This document shows positions 26,501-36,240 of a DNA stretch of 64,000 nucleotides, piece by piece; position 1 is the stretch's first letter; each line of letters opens with the position of its first letter. The position numbers were made by a program, and so were the translations under genes. Below the pieces are notes generated by a model that was given only the letters and a program-made list of their open reading frames with translations, had not been told where the DNA came from and did not search any database. Source of the stretch: Macrostomum lignano (taxonomy: Eukaryota). The stretch lies in contig NIVC01001182.1 of assembly GCA_002269645.1 (NCBI GenBank), forward strand, positions 62,001 to 126,000, written 5' to 3'.

Positions 26501-28560
26501 AAGACTCAGCGTCTGGACAATGGCGTTGTACTGGTTGTACATGCTAGCAACGAGAAATCATCGGCTAGCAAGTCGGGCTCTTATCTGCCTTTAGATCTGG
26601 CCGACAATGAGAGCGTCGACGAGAATGAGGATGTCGATGTCGGAGAGTCGCAGAATTCTTCTACGGCGTCGACTAAGCAAAACCGTCGTCGCAGCGGCTC
26701 ATCCAGCGTAGCTAATAATAAATCTGAGTTCGAGTCGTTGGTTACTAGGGAGCCTAGCAACGCCAGTCACTGGGCAGATTATGCGCGCTATTATGTCGAG
26801 TCTGGCGAATTAGATTCGGCCAGGTCCATTATCGAACGAGGCCTGATTGCTGTCGGCCGACTTGGCGCCGGCGACGCAGCCGATGCTGGCCGGAAACGCC
26901 TGCTGCGATCGCTGCTGCTGTTGGAGAGTCGGGCAGTCGCCGAGGCCGGCGAAGATCCCGACGCTATGGACAGGCTGACTCAGGCGACTTACCGCGCCTG
27001 CCAGATGCAGGACCCCGGCCTCATCCAGCTAGCCGTGTCGTCTTTGTTAGAACGGGGAGAAGCCAACAAAGCCGAAGCTGCGGCTGCTAAACTGAGGCGG
27101 GCGAGGCCGGACTGTCCCAAAGCCTGGAGACTGCAGCTGGAGGTGACGATTGACCGCTGTTATAGGGGTGGTTTTTGGGGAGGGGGGTGGGGACAGAGTG
27201 CTTGCTTAATTAATTGATTGACAGATTCAATGAGAGAGTGAATAGGTAGGTGAATTTGTGAGTTGATAAATGGATTAGTGAGTTAAGGAATGGATTAATG
27301 TATTATTTGTGAATGGATTAGTGAGTTTTTTGTGAATGGATTAGTGAGGTATTTTTAATGGATTCGTGATTGAGTTAACAGATTAGTGAGTGAGTGAATG
27401 GATTGGTGATTGAGTGAATGGGTTGGTGATTGAGTGAATTGGTTGGTGATTGAGTCAATGGGTTGGTGATTGAGTGAATGGATTGTTGATTGGATAAATG
27501 GATTTGCAATTGAGTGAATTGATCAGTGAGTGAATGAATTGATCAGTCAGTGAGAGAGTGAATTGATCAGTGAGTGAGTGAATTGATGAGTGAGTGAGTG
27601 AGTGAACTGATCGGTGACTGAGTGAATTGATCAGTGAGTGAATGGATTGGTGAGTGAGTGAGTGAAGGGATTGGTGAGTGAGTGAGTGAATAGATTGGTG
27701 AGTGAGTGAGTGAATAGATTGGTGAGTGAGTGAGTGAATAGATTGGTGAGTGAGTGAGTGAATATATTGGTGAGTGAGTGAGTGAATAGATTGGTGAGTG
27801 AGTGAATTGATCAGTGACTGAGTGAATGGGTTGGTGATTGACTCAATGGGTTGGTGATTGAGTGAATGGATTGTTGATTGGATAAATGGATTTACAATTG
27901 ATTGAATTTATCAGTGAGTGAGTGAATTGATCAGTGAGTGAGTGAATTGATCAGTGAGTGAGTGAATTGATCAGTGAGTGAGTGAATAGATTGGTGAGTG
28001 AGTGAGTGAATGGATTGGTGAGTGAGTGAATATCAGTGACTGAGTGCATGAGTGAGTTGAGTTGACCATCGCATCCCTTCAGTCCCAATGATAAATGCCA
28101 TGACCCCCCCCCCCCCCTACTCCAGGTGAAACTTCGCCGCGGCCGCAACGACGACGCGAAGCGCCTCCTGTTCGACCAGGCGCTCTCGGCGCTGCCCAAA
28201 CGGCATCATCTGGGTCTGCTGAGCGGCTACGCCGAACTCGCCTGCCGTTACGGCCGACGCGCCGACGGAGTGGCCACCTTTGAAAGCTTGATTGAGTCGC
28301 ACCCGGGCAGGCCGGAGCTCTATCTGCTGTACGGCCGCTGTCTGCTTCTAGGAGGAGGCGGCGGCGGCGGAATTGCCGCGGCTAGAGAGCTGCTGGCCAA
28401 GGCGAGAGAAATCCTGCCGGACAAGTCCTGCAGCCAGTTGGCAACTCTGTCCGACCTGATTGACAATGCCTCGTCGTCGATGCCGACGGCGTCTGTTGAA
28501 GGCATTCCCGACGGCTCAGCTGTTGTTACGGGCGATGAGGGTCTGCCGTTGATGGAATGA
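12500..28560 (+). CDS. RRP5: rRNA biogenesis protein RRP5 / PDCD11 (multiple S1 domains plus C-terminal HAT repeats), 13 exons, ~1882 aa
   Basis: Exons 12500-12655, 14328-14513, 14597-14709, 15286-15669, 16786-17334, 18745-19257, 19830-20376, 21503-22069, 22976-23211, 23723-23908, 24553-25006, 25820-27142, 28126-28560. All junctions are GT-AG and phase-consistent (total 5649 nt). S1 motifs include LLYGAIDSIEDHGFTIDLG, RGLVPYLHLSD, LKCRVL, VYYRGQVLRVRI, QYGWFVQLP and LYELSARPS. The HAT region begins EFESLVTREPSNASHWADY...ARSIIERGL. Confidence 0.9.
12735..14278. repeat. 36-bp minisatellite in RRP5 intron 1
   Basis: ATGACTCTTAGATCCCTGACCCACACAGCTGACCAA, about 43 copies. Confidence 0.97.
14775..15255. 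repeat. 42-bp minisatellite in RRP5 intron 3
   Basis: GGCCCAGTCTGAGGACCCTTATTAGTATCATGATTATATAGC units. Confidence 0.95.
15705..16690. repeat. Two abutting 20-bp minisatellites in RRP5 intron 4
   Basis: GATAGCTAATTTGATGATCA (to ~16190), then GGTACCTAATTTGGAACCCA. Confidence 0.97.
17352..18703. repeat. 18/20-bp GT-rich minisatellite in RRP5 intron 5
   Basis: TTTGTCTGGGTGTCTTTGTG switching near 18240 to CTGTCTGGGTGTCTTAGTGT. Confidence 0.97.
19295..19720. repeat. 21-22-bp minisatellite in RRP5 intron 6
   Basis: GATAGAATCTCCCCTTCT-type units, then AAAGGAGAGAATCCCCTCTCA units. Confidence 0.92.
20412..21492. repeat. 22/24-bp plus 20-bp minisatellites in RRP5 intron 7
   Basis: GATTGGTCACTCTGTCACATCG / ...CATATCA, then CCCATCTCACTGGCTAAAAT from ~21326. 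Confidence 0.95.
22135..22925. repeat. ~27-bp minisatellite in RRP5 intron 8
   Basis: GATTGATTCCCTATGAGATTCTCCCCC units with a variable C-run. Confidence 0.93.
23228..23692. repeat. (TCTG)n-type microsatellite in RRP5 intron 9
   Basis: Imperfect TCTG/CCTG tetramers. Confidence 0.95.
24000..24523. repeat. 28-bp minisatellite in RRP5 intron 10
   Basis: GACCTGACCCACTCTATGACCCATCATT drifting to GACCTTACACTCTTTATGAGCCATAATT. Confidence 0.92.
25145..25685. repeat. 23-bp minisatellite in RRP5 intron 11
   Basis: GGGATCTGACTCAGGATTCAGTA units. Confidence 0.95.
27235..28060. repeat. GTGA-based degenerate array in RRP5 intron 12
   Basis: GGTGAGTGAGTGAGTGAATAGATT and TTGATCAGTGAGTGAGTGAA units. Confidence 0.9.
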
Positions 28561-28711
28561 TATTGTGTCTCTGAGAAGCTGAAAGGGAGAATTCTGAATT
28601 TTTTGACGAGTTCAGGGCATAGTTTTTAACGTTTTTCCAAGAAATACTAGAAGCTTCGACCTTTGGTCATCTTAGCTTCAGATTTTAGTAATATTACCTT
28701 TAGTTTGTAGT

Positions 28712-29400
28712 AGTCAGAGCTTCAGGTTCTGGTAGTCAGAGCTTCAGGTTCTGGTAGTCAGAGCTTCAGGTTCTGGTAGTTAGAGCTTCAGGTTCTGGTA
28801 GTCAGAGCTTCAGATTCTGGTAGTCAGAGCTTCAGGTTCTGGCAGTCAGAGCTTCAGATTCTGGTAGTCAGAGCTTCAGGTTCTGGTAGTCAGAGCTTCA
28901 GATTCTGGTAGTCAGAGCTTCAGGTTCTGGTAGTCAGAGCTTCAGGTTCTGGTAGTCAGAGCTTCAGGTTCTGGTAATCAGAGCTTCAGGTTCTAGTAGT
29001 CAGAGCTTCAGATTCTGGTAGTCAGAGCTTCAGGTTCTGGTAGTCAGAGCTTCAAGTTCTGGTAATCAGAGCTTCTGGTTCTGGTAGTCAGAGCTTCAGA
29101 TTCTGGTAGTCAGAGCTTCAGATTCTGGTAGTCAGAGCTTCAGGTTCTGGTAGTCAGAGCTTCAGATTCTGGTAGTCAGAGCTTCAGATTCTGGTAGTCA
29201 GAGCTTCAGATTCTGGTAGTCAGAGCTTCAGATTCTGGTAGTCAGAGCTTCAGGTTCTGGTAGTCAGAGCTTCAGATTCTGGTAGTCAGAGCTTCAGATT
29301 CTGGTAGTCAGAGCTTCAGATTCTGGTAGTCAGAGCTTCAGGTTCTGGTAGTAAGAGCTGCAGGTTCTGGTAGTAAGAGCTGCAGGTTCTGGTAATCGTA
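28712..29400. repeat. 22-bp minisatellite downstream of RRP5
   Basis: GTCAGAGCTTCAGGTTCTGGTA, about 30 copies. Confidence 0.97.
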
Positions 29401-29879
29401 GCTTTAGATCTGTAAGTTTCAATTATTAAAAAATTCACTGTCGCTAATTCTTTAATTTATTTTAAATAAAAAATCCCATTATGAAAATATTTGGTAAGAA
29501 TAAATTAATGGTATATCATTATAAATTTACTACTTATTAATCTTAATGTGACAGTGAGCTCTCTATCGGTTTATTATGAATGACAAGAATTTCGTATTGA
29601 AAACAGTTTTTGTTGTTATCTTTTTGTGCCAGTGACGGCCGTTGCAGTTACATACAATGCCGTGCTGTTTTCCTGTGTACCGGTTTGGGATGAGCTAAAT
29701 TGACAGAGGAGTTAAATAAATTTGCGTCTGCCATTTGTCTAAGTAAGCTGCTTGACTGTGCATTTTTCTGTTTGGAAATTTTGTCTGTGTTTTGCTTCTT
29801 TTTTGTTTCCTAATATCTAGACAGCTGAGAACCTATGTCGTGTGTTATCCCCCCCCCGAGTCCCTTTGCCACCTGATTA

Positions 29880-30540
29880 ATTCCTCTCTAAGCCTCTATA
29901 TACTACTTGTGTAATTCCCCCTAAGAGTTCCTATGCCGACTGTGTAATTCCCCCATATGAGTTTCTATGCCGACTGTGTAATTCCCCCATATGAGTTTCT
30001 ATGCCGTCTGTGTAATTCCCCTCTTTGAGACCCTATGCCATCTGTGTAATTCCCCTCTTTGAGACCCTATGCCATCTGTGTAATTCCCCTCTTTGAGACC
30101 CTATACCATCTGTGTAATTCCCCTCTTTGAGACCCTATACCATCTGTGTAATTCCCCTCTTTGAGACCCTATGCCATCTGTGTAATTCCCCTCTTTGAGA
30201 CCCTATACCATCTGTGTAATTCCCCTCTTTGAGACCCTATGCCATCTGTGTAATTCCCCTCTTTGAGACCCTATGCCATCTGTGTAATTCCCCTCTTTGA
30301 GACCCTGTGCCATCTGTGTAATTCTCCTCTTTGAGTCTATATGCCCTATGTGTAACTCCCCTCTTTGAGACCCTATGCCATCTGTGTAATTCTCCTCTTT
30401 GAGTCTATATTCCCTATGTATAATTCCCCTCTGAGACCCTATGCCATCTGTGTAATTCCCCCTGAGTCTATGTGCCCTTATGTGTAATTTCCCTATGTGA
30501 GACCCTATGTCATCTGTGTAATTCCCCTCTTTAAGTCCCC
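29880..30540. repeat. 34-bp minisatellite upstream of MOB1
   Basis: CTGTGTAATTCCCCTCTTTGAGACCCTATGCCAT units. Confidence 0.93.
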
Positions 30541-30852
30541 ATGCTTCCCGGGCAAGCCTCTTATTGAGTTCCTTAAGTTTATTATATAGCTTGTGTATGT
30601 TTGTCTCTATTACCAGCTAGTGTCCAATAAGTTTCCAGTAAAAAAGCATAATTGGATCATATTGTGTGCAATCATCAAGTCAGCTTAAGTCCAGATCTTC
30701 GGTATCAAAACATGTCCAGTGTAATTTGCTTATGCAATTACTGTTTCAATGTTTAATTTTCATGCTCAATCAACTTGTTAAAATTGCTTCTTGAAAGAAA
30801 AAGGCCGGCCAGTCAGTCATCTTTACCGCCTTGAGATTTTTCTAGACCCGAC

Positions 30853-31596
30853 ATGAACTTTATATTCGGCAAGAACAACAAAACGTTCAGGCCAAAGAAG
30901 AGCATCCAAGAGGGCACGCATCAGTATGATTTGTTGCAGAAAGCCGCTAAAACTCTGGGCAGCGGAGATCTCAGACTGGCTGTCAGACTGCCAGAAGGCG
31001 AAGATGCCAACGAATGGATTGCGGTGAACACTGTAGACTTTTTCAATCAGATTCACATGCTGTACGGCACGTTGACAGAGTTTTGCACCGACGCCGCCTG
31101 CCCGGTGATGTCGGCTGGGCCGAAATATGAATACCACTGGGCTGACGGTGAGAAGATTAAGAAGCCAATTAAATGCACTGCGCCTCGGTATATTGACTAC
31201 TTGCTCACCTGGGTACAGTCTCAGCTGGACGACGAGACCTTGTTCCCATCAAAGATTAACGTGCCATTTCCCAAGAACTTCTTGTCAGTCGCTAAAACAA
31301 TCTTGAAGCGACTGTTTCGAATCTATGCGCACATTTATCATCAACACTTTAAAGAGGTCTGCGAACTAAAAGAAGAGGCTCATTTGAACACGTCGTTTAA
31401 ACATTTCATCTACTTTGTGCAAGAGTTCAATTTGGTCGAACGCAAGGAGTTGGCTCCTTTGCAGGAGTTTATCGATCGATTGACTAGTCGCGATAGCAGT
31501 CGGTCGGGCGCTTCCGCAGGGGGCGGCGCAGCTTCCGGTTCCGGCGGTGCGCTGGCGTCCGCTTCCGGTGGAAGCAGTGTGGAACAGACTCAATAG
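30853..31596 (+). CDS. MOB1: MOB kinase activator 1 (Hippo/NDR co-activator), single coding exon, 247 aa
   Basis: Uninterrupted ORF with the MOB1 signature KTFRPKK...TLGSGDLRLAVRLPEGEDANEWIAVNTVDFFNQ...FPSKINVPFPKNF...KRLFRIYAHIYHQHF...HLNTSFKHF. Confidence 0.97.
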   Translation: MNFIFGKNNKTFRPKKSIQEGTHQYDLLQKAAKTLGSGDLRLAVRLPEGEDANEWIAVNTVDFFNQIHMLYGTLTEFCTDAACPVMSAGPKYEYHWADGEKIKKPIKCTAPRYIDYLLTWVQSQLDDETLFPSKINVPFPKNFLSVAKTILKRLFRIYAHIYHQHFKEVCELKEEAHLNTSFKHFIYFVQEFNLVERKELAPLQEFIDRLTSRDSSRSGASAGGGAASGSGGALASASGGSSVEQTQ

Positions 31597-31884
31597 CATG
31601 TCTAGCATAACTAGACGAGTAACTTTGATTTCGTGTTTGTATATTTGTATATCAACGCTGTGCAACTGTTGCCAAGCAACCTTTCTAGCAGGTACTGATT
31701 AAAGTGGAGAGAAAGTTGGAAACTGTAAAGAAATTGTTAGAACTCCTAAGTTGCTGGATTGAGAGCTTGATTGAGAGCAGAGCTGTCTTTGACTAAGAAA
31801 AGACCAAGTTCTATACAGCCTTTCCTGGTCAAGCATAGCCAGCAACCCTGACTGCATAAATAACTGACTCAAATAGGTCTTTTA

Positions 31885-32254
31885 TTAGAGGCAGGGAGCT
31901 GTGTGCACAGTACACTCGGGTGCACTTTTAGCGACATTGCCGCACAACCGGCGAGAGGCATTACTGCCCATTCCGCCGACTCCCCTGAGCAGGCACACAA
32001 GCGCGCGGATACGTACGCAGTCATACGCACAGGCACACACCAACACAGGAGTGTACAGCGACCCTAACTTAATTGATCGTTAGGCATGTACACTTCACTG
32101 TGCCGTAAGCCCTCCAGGCCGTTAATTACCCGAGCAGACCCAAACCGAGCCCCAGTCCAGTCCAATTCGACCCCAAATTAATGTGACTGCACTTGGAATC
32201 GAGCCTGGGCCGCTGGCACATCAGAGCGCCGCGCTAGACCACTGGGCTACGGTC
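31885..32254 (-). mobile_element. tRNA-derived SINE, copy 1
   Basis: The minus strand has an A box (TAGCCCAGTGG) and B box (GGCTCGATTCC, plus-strand 32195-32205), then a body ending near CTAATAAAA. A homologous copy lies at 47705-48025. Confidence 0.75.
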
Positions 32255-32402
32255 ATTCCCAAAATTGGTCTGTTTTCTGACTTTAAAATAAAAATAAAAT
32301 GCGTAGCGGATGAGCGGAAATAGATGTACTTTATAATGTACACTTGTACAGTTAATTCTTTGTGCACAGATAGAACGGTCCCTTCTCGGCTGGTAAGGCT
32401 TT

Positions 32403-32595
32403 GGGCCGTATGCAGAAAGCTTAGTCCAGACTAGCTAGTCCGGACTTGGGTAGTTCATCTATGGTCTATGGTCTAGCTACCCTAGTTCTGTCTATAGTAG
32501 ACCGGTCTAACTTTGTGTTTCTGCATACCAAATCCAAGTCCAGACTAGCTTTTCAAGACCGGACTACCCTAGACAGAGCTTTCTGCATACGGCCC
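32403..32595. mobile_element. 193-bp MITE, PIF/Harbinger-like
   Basis: 19-bp perfect TIR GGGCCGTATGCAGAAAGCT (32403-32421 / 32577-32595) flanked by TTT on both sides (3-bp TSD). Confidence 0.75.
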
Positions 32596-33509
32596 TTTGT
32601 CTGGCTGCGTAGTGTTGCACCGTATTGTCTATGGCCAGCCCTCGTGACCACGCCTATCCCCCACTAATAGATTTTGGATCGATATTGACAATTTAAATAA
32701 TTGAAGCGACAGCTATAGATGGCAGGATTTTCCATACAGGCTTCGACACAATATAAGGTGTACCTAATAATTTTTTTATTAGTCAACCTTAATTTAGTGC
32801 TCCGCTCATAAGAAATCATTCTTTGCTAGAATGCTTATATTAAGTTTTTAAACAATACAACTTTTCCACTGTAGCAGTGTGTCTGTATAATTTCGGTTAG
32901 CGTTAGTAAATTTTTCTTATATTTATATTTCAAAATTTCTACTTTATTGGGCTTTGATGAATGGGGCGTTATTAAAAAGTTTTTTTTTTCGTTTTTAGTA
33001 TCCTGGTTCTCATGTAATTAGGGAAGTTGCAAGGTTTTATTTCTCTTTGTTATGCTTACTACGATACATATCGGCCATTATTTTTCCATATTTATTGAAT
33101 TCAAATCTGCCGTTGTTTTTGTTACTTTGTTCGAGTTTAATCGTCAATTTATTTTCTAATATACGCTTTTATTAGGTAGAATAAGAGTCTGCTCAGTCAT
33201 CCAGTTTGTATTTTTGTTTTTTTGTATATCTTTTTGCTTGTGTTGGCTTCTGTGTACTATAATATTAAACCTTACTAGAGACCACAGGTTACTAGAAAAA
33301 CTAGATATTTCACTGACAATTAGACTGATGAAAAAGTGGTGAAAGTGATGAAAGTGATGAAAAAGCTTACTCATTATTCAGTAGTTTTTTTAGCGCAGTG
33401 TCACTTAAATTTAATGTGGCAGCTAATTTCCTTTCTAGGGGTTTGCGGCCTCAGAAGTGTACGAGGATAAGAATAAACAAGCATTTAACTCGATGTACAC
33501 AAATGAACG

Positions 33510-33845
33510 CAAGACGGACGAACCTGTGCCTAGGGGGCAAACCCAATTTAGCTCAGCCAATGAGAGAGCAGTAAGGAGAGGTCAAAGTCAGACGGACGAA
33601 ACTCAGCCTAGGCCCTAGAGGCAGGCCCAATCTAGCTCAGCCAATGAGAGAGCAGTAAGGAGAGAAGTCAAAGTCAGACGGACGAAACTCAGCCTAGGCC
33701 CTAGAGGCAGGCCCAATCTAGCTCAGCCAATGAGAGAGCAGTAAGGAGAGAAGTCAAAGTCAGACGGACAAAACTAAGCCTAGGCCCTAGAGGCAGGCCC
33801 AATCTAGCTCAGCCAATGAGAGCAGTAAGGAGAGAGGTCAGAACA
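33510..33845. repeat. 86-bp tandem repeat, about 4 copies, each with AGCCAATGAG
   Basis: CAGACGGAC recurs at 33589, 33675 and 33761. Confidence 0.9.
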
Positions 33846-34639
33846 CAAGCGGGCAAGAGGAAAGTCTAACCGTTTATCGGTCTGGCTGGGGCGGCACCTT
33901 TTTTGTCTTGCTCGATAGATTTAGGCCACTAGGTTGCAGGCCCCATTTTGCTCAGCGTTTGCTGCAGCTAAAAAACTGTAAATGTCTTGTAAAATTTAAT
34001 TATTTTTTGCTAATATAAAGGAAAAAAAGCTAACTTTACTACCCAAAAGAGTTGATAGGCAATTTTTTACGAGTGACATCTAGTTATTCTAGTATCAGTG
34101 CTGGCGGAAGAGTTAGTACATGCAGGCAGTAAATTAATAGAAGAGAATAAAGATAGTTGCTGCGCATCGATTTGCAGTCAGTCTAAGCCTGTTGTAAAGC
34201 TTCTATGAAAGTAAAACGGCCCTTTTCGGGTCAATTTTTTTCGTTGCCTAAATAAAGCCCTATATATCTTAGTTTTACTAAGAGTAGTTAATTTAAATAA
34301 ACACGGTGCTGCTGGGATAAATATTTGGCCAGTTGTTTGTTTCTTTGTCTGTTTGTTCGACTTTCTTTTAAATAAATAGTTTTTTGTAATTTTTTGTATC
34401 AGCAAGTACGCCGGTTAGATATAGGCTTTGTTTGATTAACAGTGCTAGACAGAGGTCTGGCAAATTATTTCATGATATTTTATTTAAGAGGCAACTTTAT
34501 TAGTTTGCTGCTTCTAACTAACGATTATACCACAACTAATTTGTTCTTTCTCCTATATGTAGAGGGCTTTCCGTGCTTTACTTATTTCATCATGCTAATG
34601 CAGCCCCTTCACCTCACATTCTCTGCTTTTGTCCTTTCT

Positions 34640-35285
34640 CGTACATTCTCTCGTCTCCTCTCCTTTCCTCTCCTCTCCTACCCTCCTCCTCCTCTCCTAC
34701 CCTCTCCTCTTCTCTCGTCTCCTCTCCTTTCCTCTCCTCTCCTCTCCTCTCCTCCTTTCCTCTCCTCTCCTCTCCTCTTCTCTCCTCTCCTTTCCTCTCC
34801 TACCCTCTCCTCCTTTCCTCTCCTCTCTTCTCTCCTCTCCTTTCCTCTCCTCTCCTCTCCTCTCCTCTTCTCTCGTCTCCTCTCCTTTCCTCTCCTCTTC
34901 TCTCGTCTCCTCTCCTTTCCTCTCCTCTCCTCTCCTCTCCTCCTTTCCTCTCCTTTCCTCTCCTCTCCTACCCTCTCCTCCTTTCCTCTCCTCTCTTCTC
35001 TCCTCTCCTTTCCTCTCCTCTCCTCTCCTCTTCTCTCCTCTCCTCTCCTCTCCTCTCCTCTCCTCTCCTCTCCTCCTTTCCTCTCCTCTCCTCTTCTCTC
35101 CTCTCCTCTCCTCTCCTCTCCTCTCCTCTCCTCTCCTCTCCTCTCCTCTCCTCTCCTCTCCTCTCCTCTCCTCTCCTCTCCTCTCCTCTCCTCTCCTCTT
35201 CTCTCCTCTCCTCTCCTCTCCTCTCCTCTCCTCTTCTCTACTCTACTCTCCTCTCCTCTCCTCTCCTCTCCTTTCTTCTCCTCTC
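34640..35285. repeat. (CTCCT)n polypyrimidine array
   Basis: Near-pure C/T tract upstream of ATP7. Confidence 0.95.
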
Positions 35286-36050
35286 CGTCCTCCCAACTCG
35301 TCCTATCACTTTCATCTATAAAGCCATTCTCCTTTCGCATCCTCCCTATCCACTTAATACCCACCTGTGCGAAACAGATCTACAGACTAGTAGTGGCAAG
35401 GACTACTTAACAACTCATAGTTATTAAGCAGTCCTTTGGGTAGCGGCCGGGCCTTATCGCTTTCACCGTGTGCACTTTATAATTATTTTATTGCCTGTCA
35501 TTATTTTTAGTTTTGACTGCCTACTGTCAATAATGCAGATATTAACTATTAACTGTATTAACTATATTGTTATTTTGGCTAACAATATTATAAAATTTGT
35601 AATGCGAACAACATTTCAAGTGGGGCTTGACATTTATTATTAAAATGTCAGCGTTCCACACTATTGTAATTTTAGACCCTGTTGTTGTTGTTATAATAAT
35701 ATAAAATTGTGATTCTTGTGTTCTGGACCATCTTCCTGGAAGTAATAACCTGCTTTATTTACACATTGTTTTTTGTTTCTCGTCGTGTCACTTGTATAAA
35801 AAATTATTTGTTTGCTTATAAATTTCAAATGTAATTTTATCTGTGCATGGTTTTCTAATTCGGAGTTATTTTTTGTCTGTAATGGACGAATTGCTTGCGC
35901 AGGTATTTTTTATAGTAATTGATCGATTCAATCAGAGTCCCTCCCGAGGCCAAGGTTGAAATATAAAGTGTCTGCTTTGAAAATAAATTAATAAATGATT
36001 CAGCTGACTTTGACTTTTGTTATCATTATGTTTGCTTTTAACTACTAGCA

Positions 36051-36106
36051 GTAAGTAGGTAGCGTTTTTTCAGTAAAAGTGTGTATTTAAACTATCATAC
36101 TTGCAG
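36051..36106 (+). other. Candidate 56-nt 5'UTR intron of ATP7
   Basis: GTAAGT donor at 36051 and CTTGCAG acceptor ending at 36106, 135 nt before the ATG. Confidence 0.4.
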
Positions 36107-36240
36107 CTTCGAGGGATGTGGAAGAATTAAAAATAACAAAAAAGACAGAAATGCTCAAATTACACTACTTCTAGTTACTTCTAGTTAGTAGTTTTGCTTA
36201 AAATAACAGTTAGAATCACATACTTTATTATTATATTTTC

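Noticed and set aside
34442-35427. 230-320 aa Leu/Ser/Pro and Glu/Arg ORFs
   Set aside because: Translations of the (CTCCT)n tract.
35468-35474. Metal-response element core (TGCACAC on the minus strand) upstream of ATP7
   Set aside because: It is a single degenerate 7-mer expected about once per kb, with no cluster.
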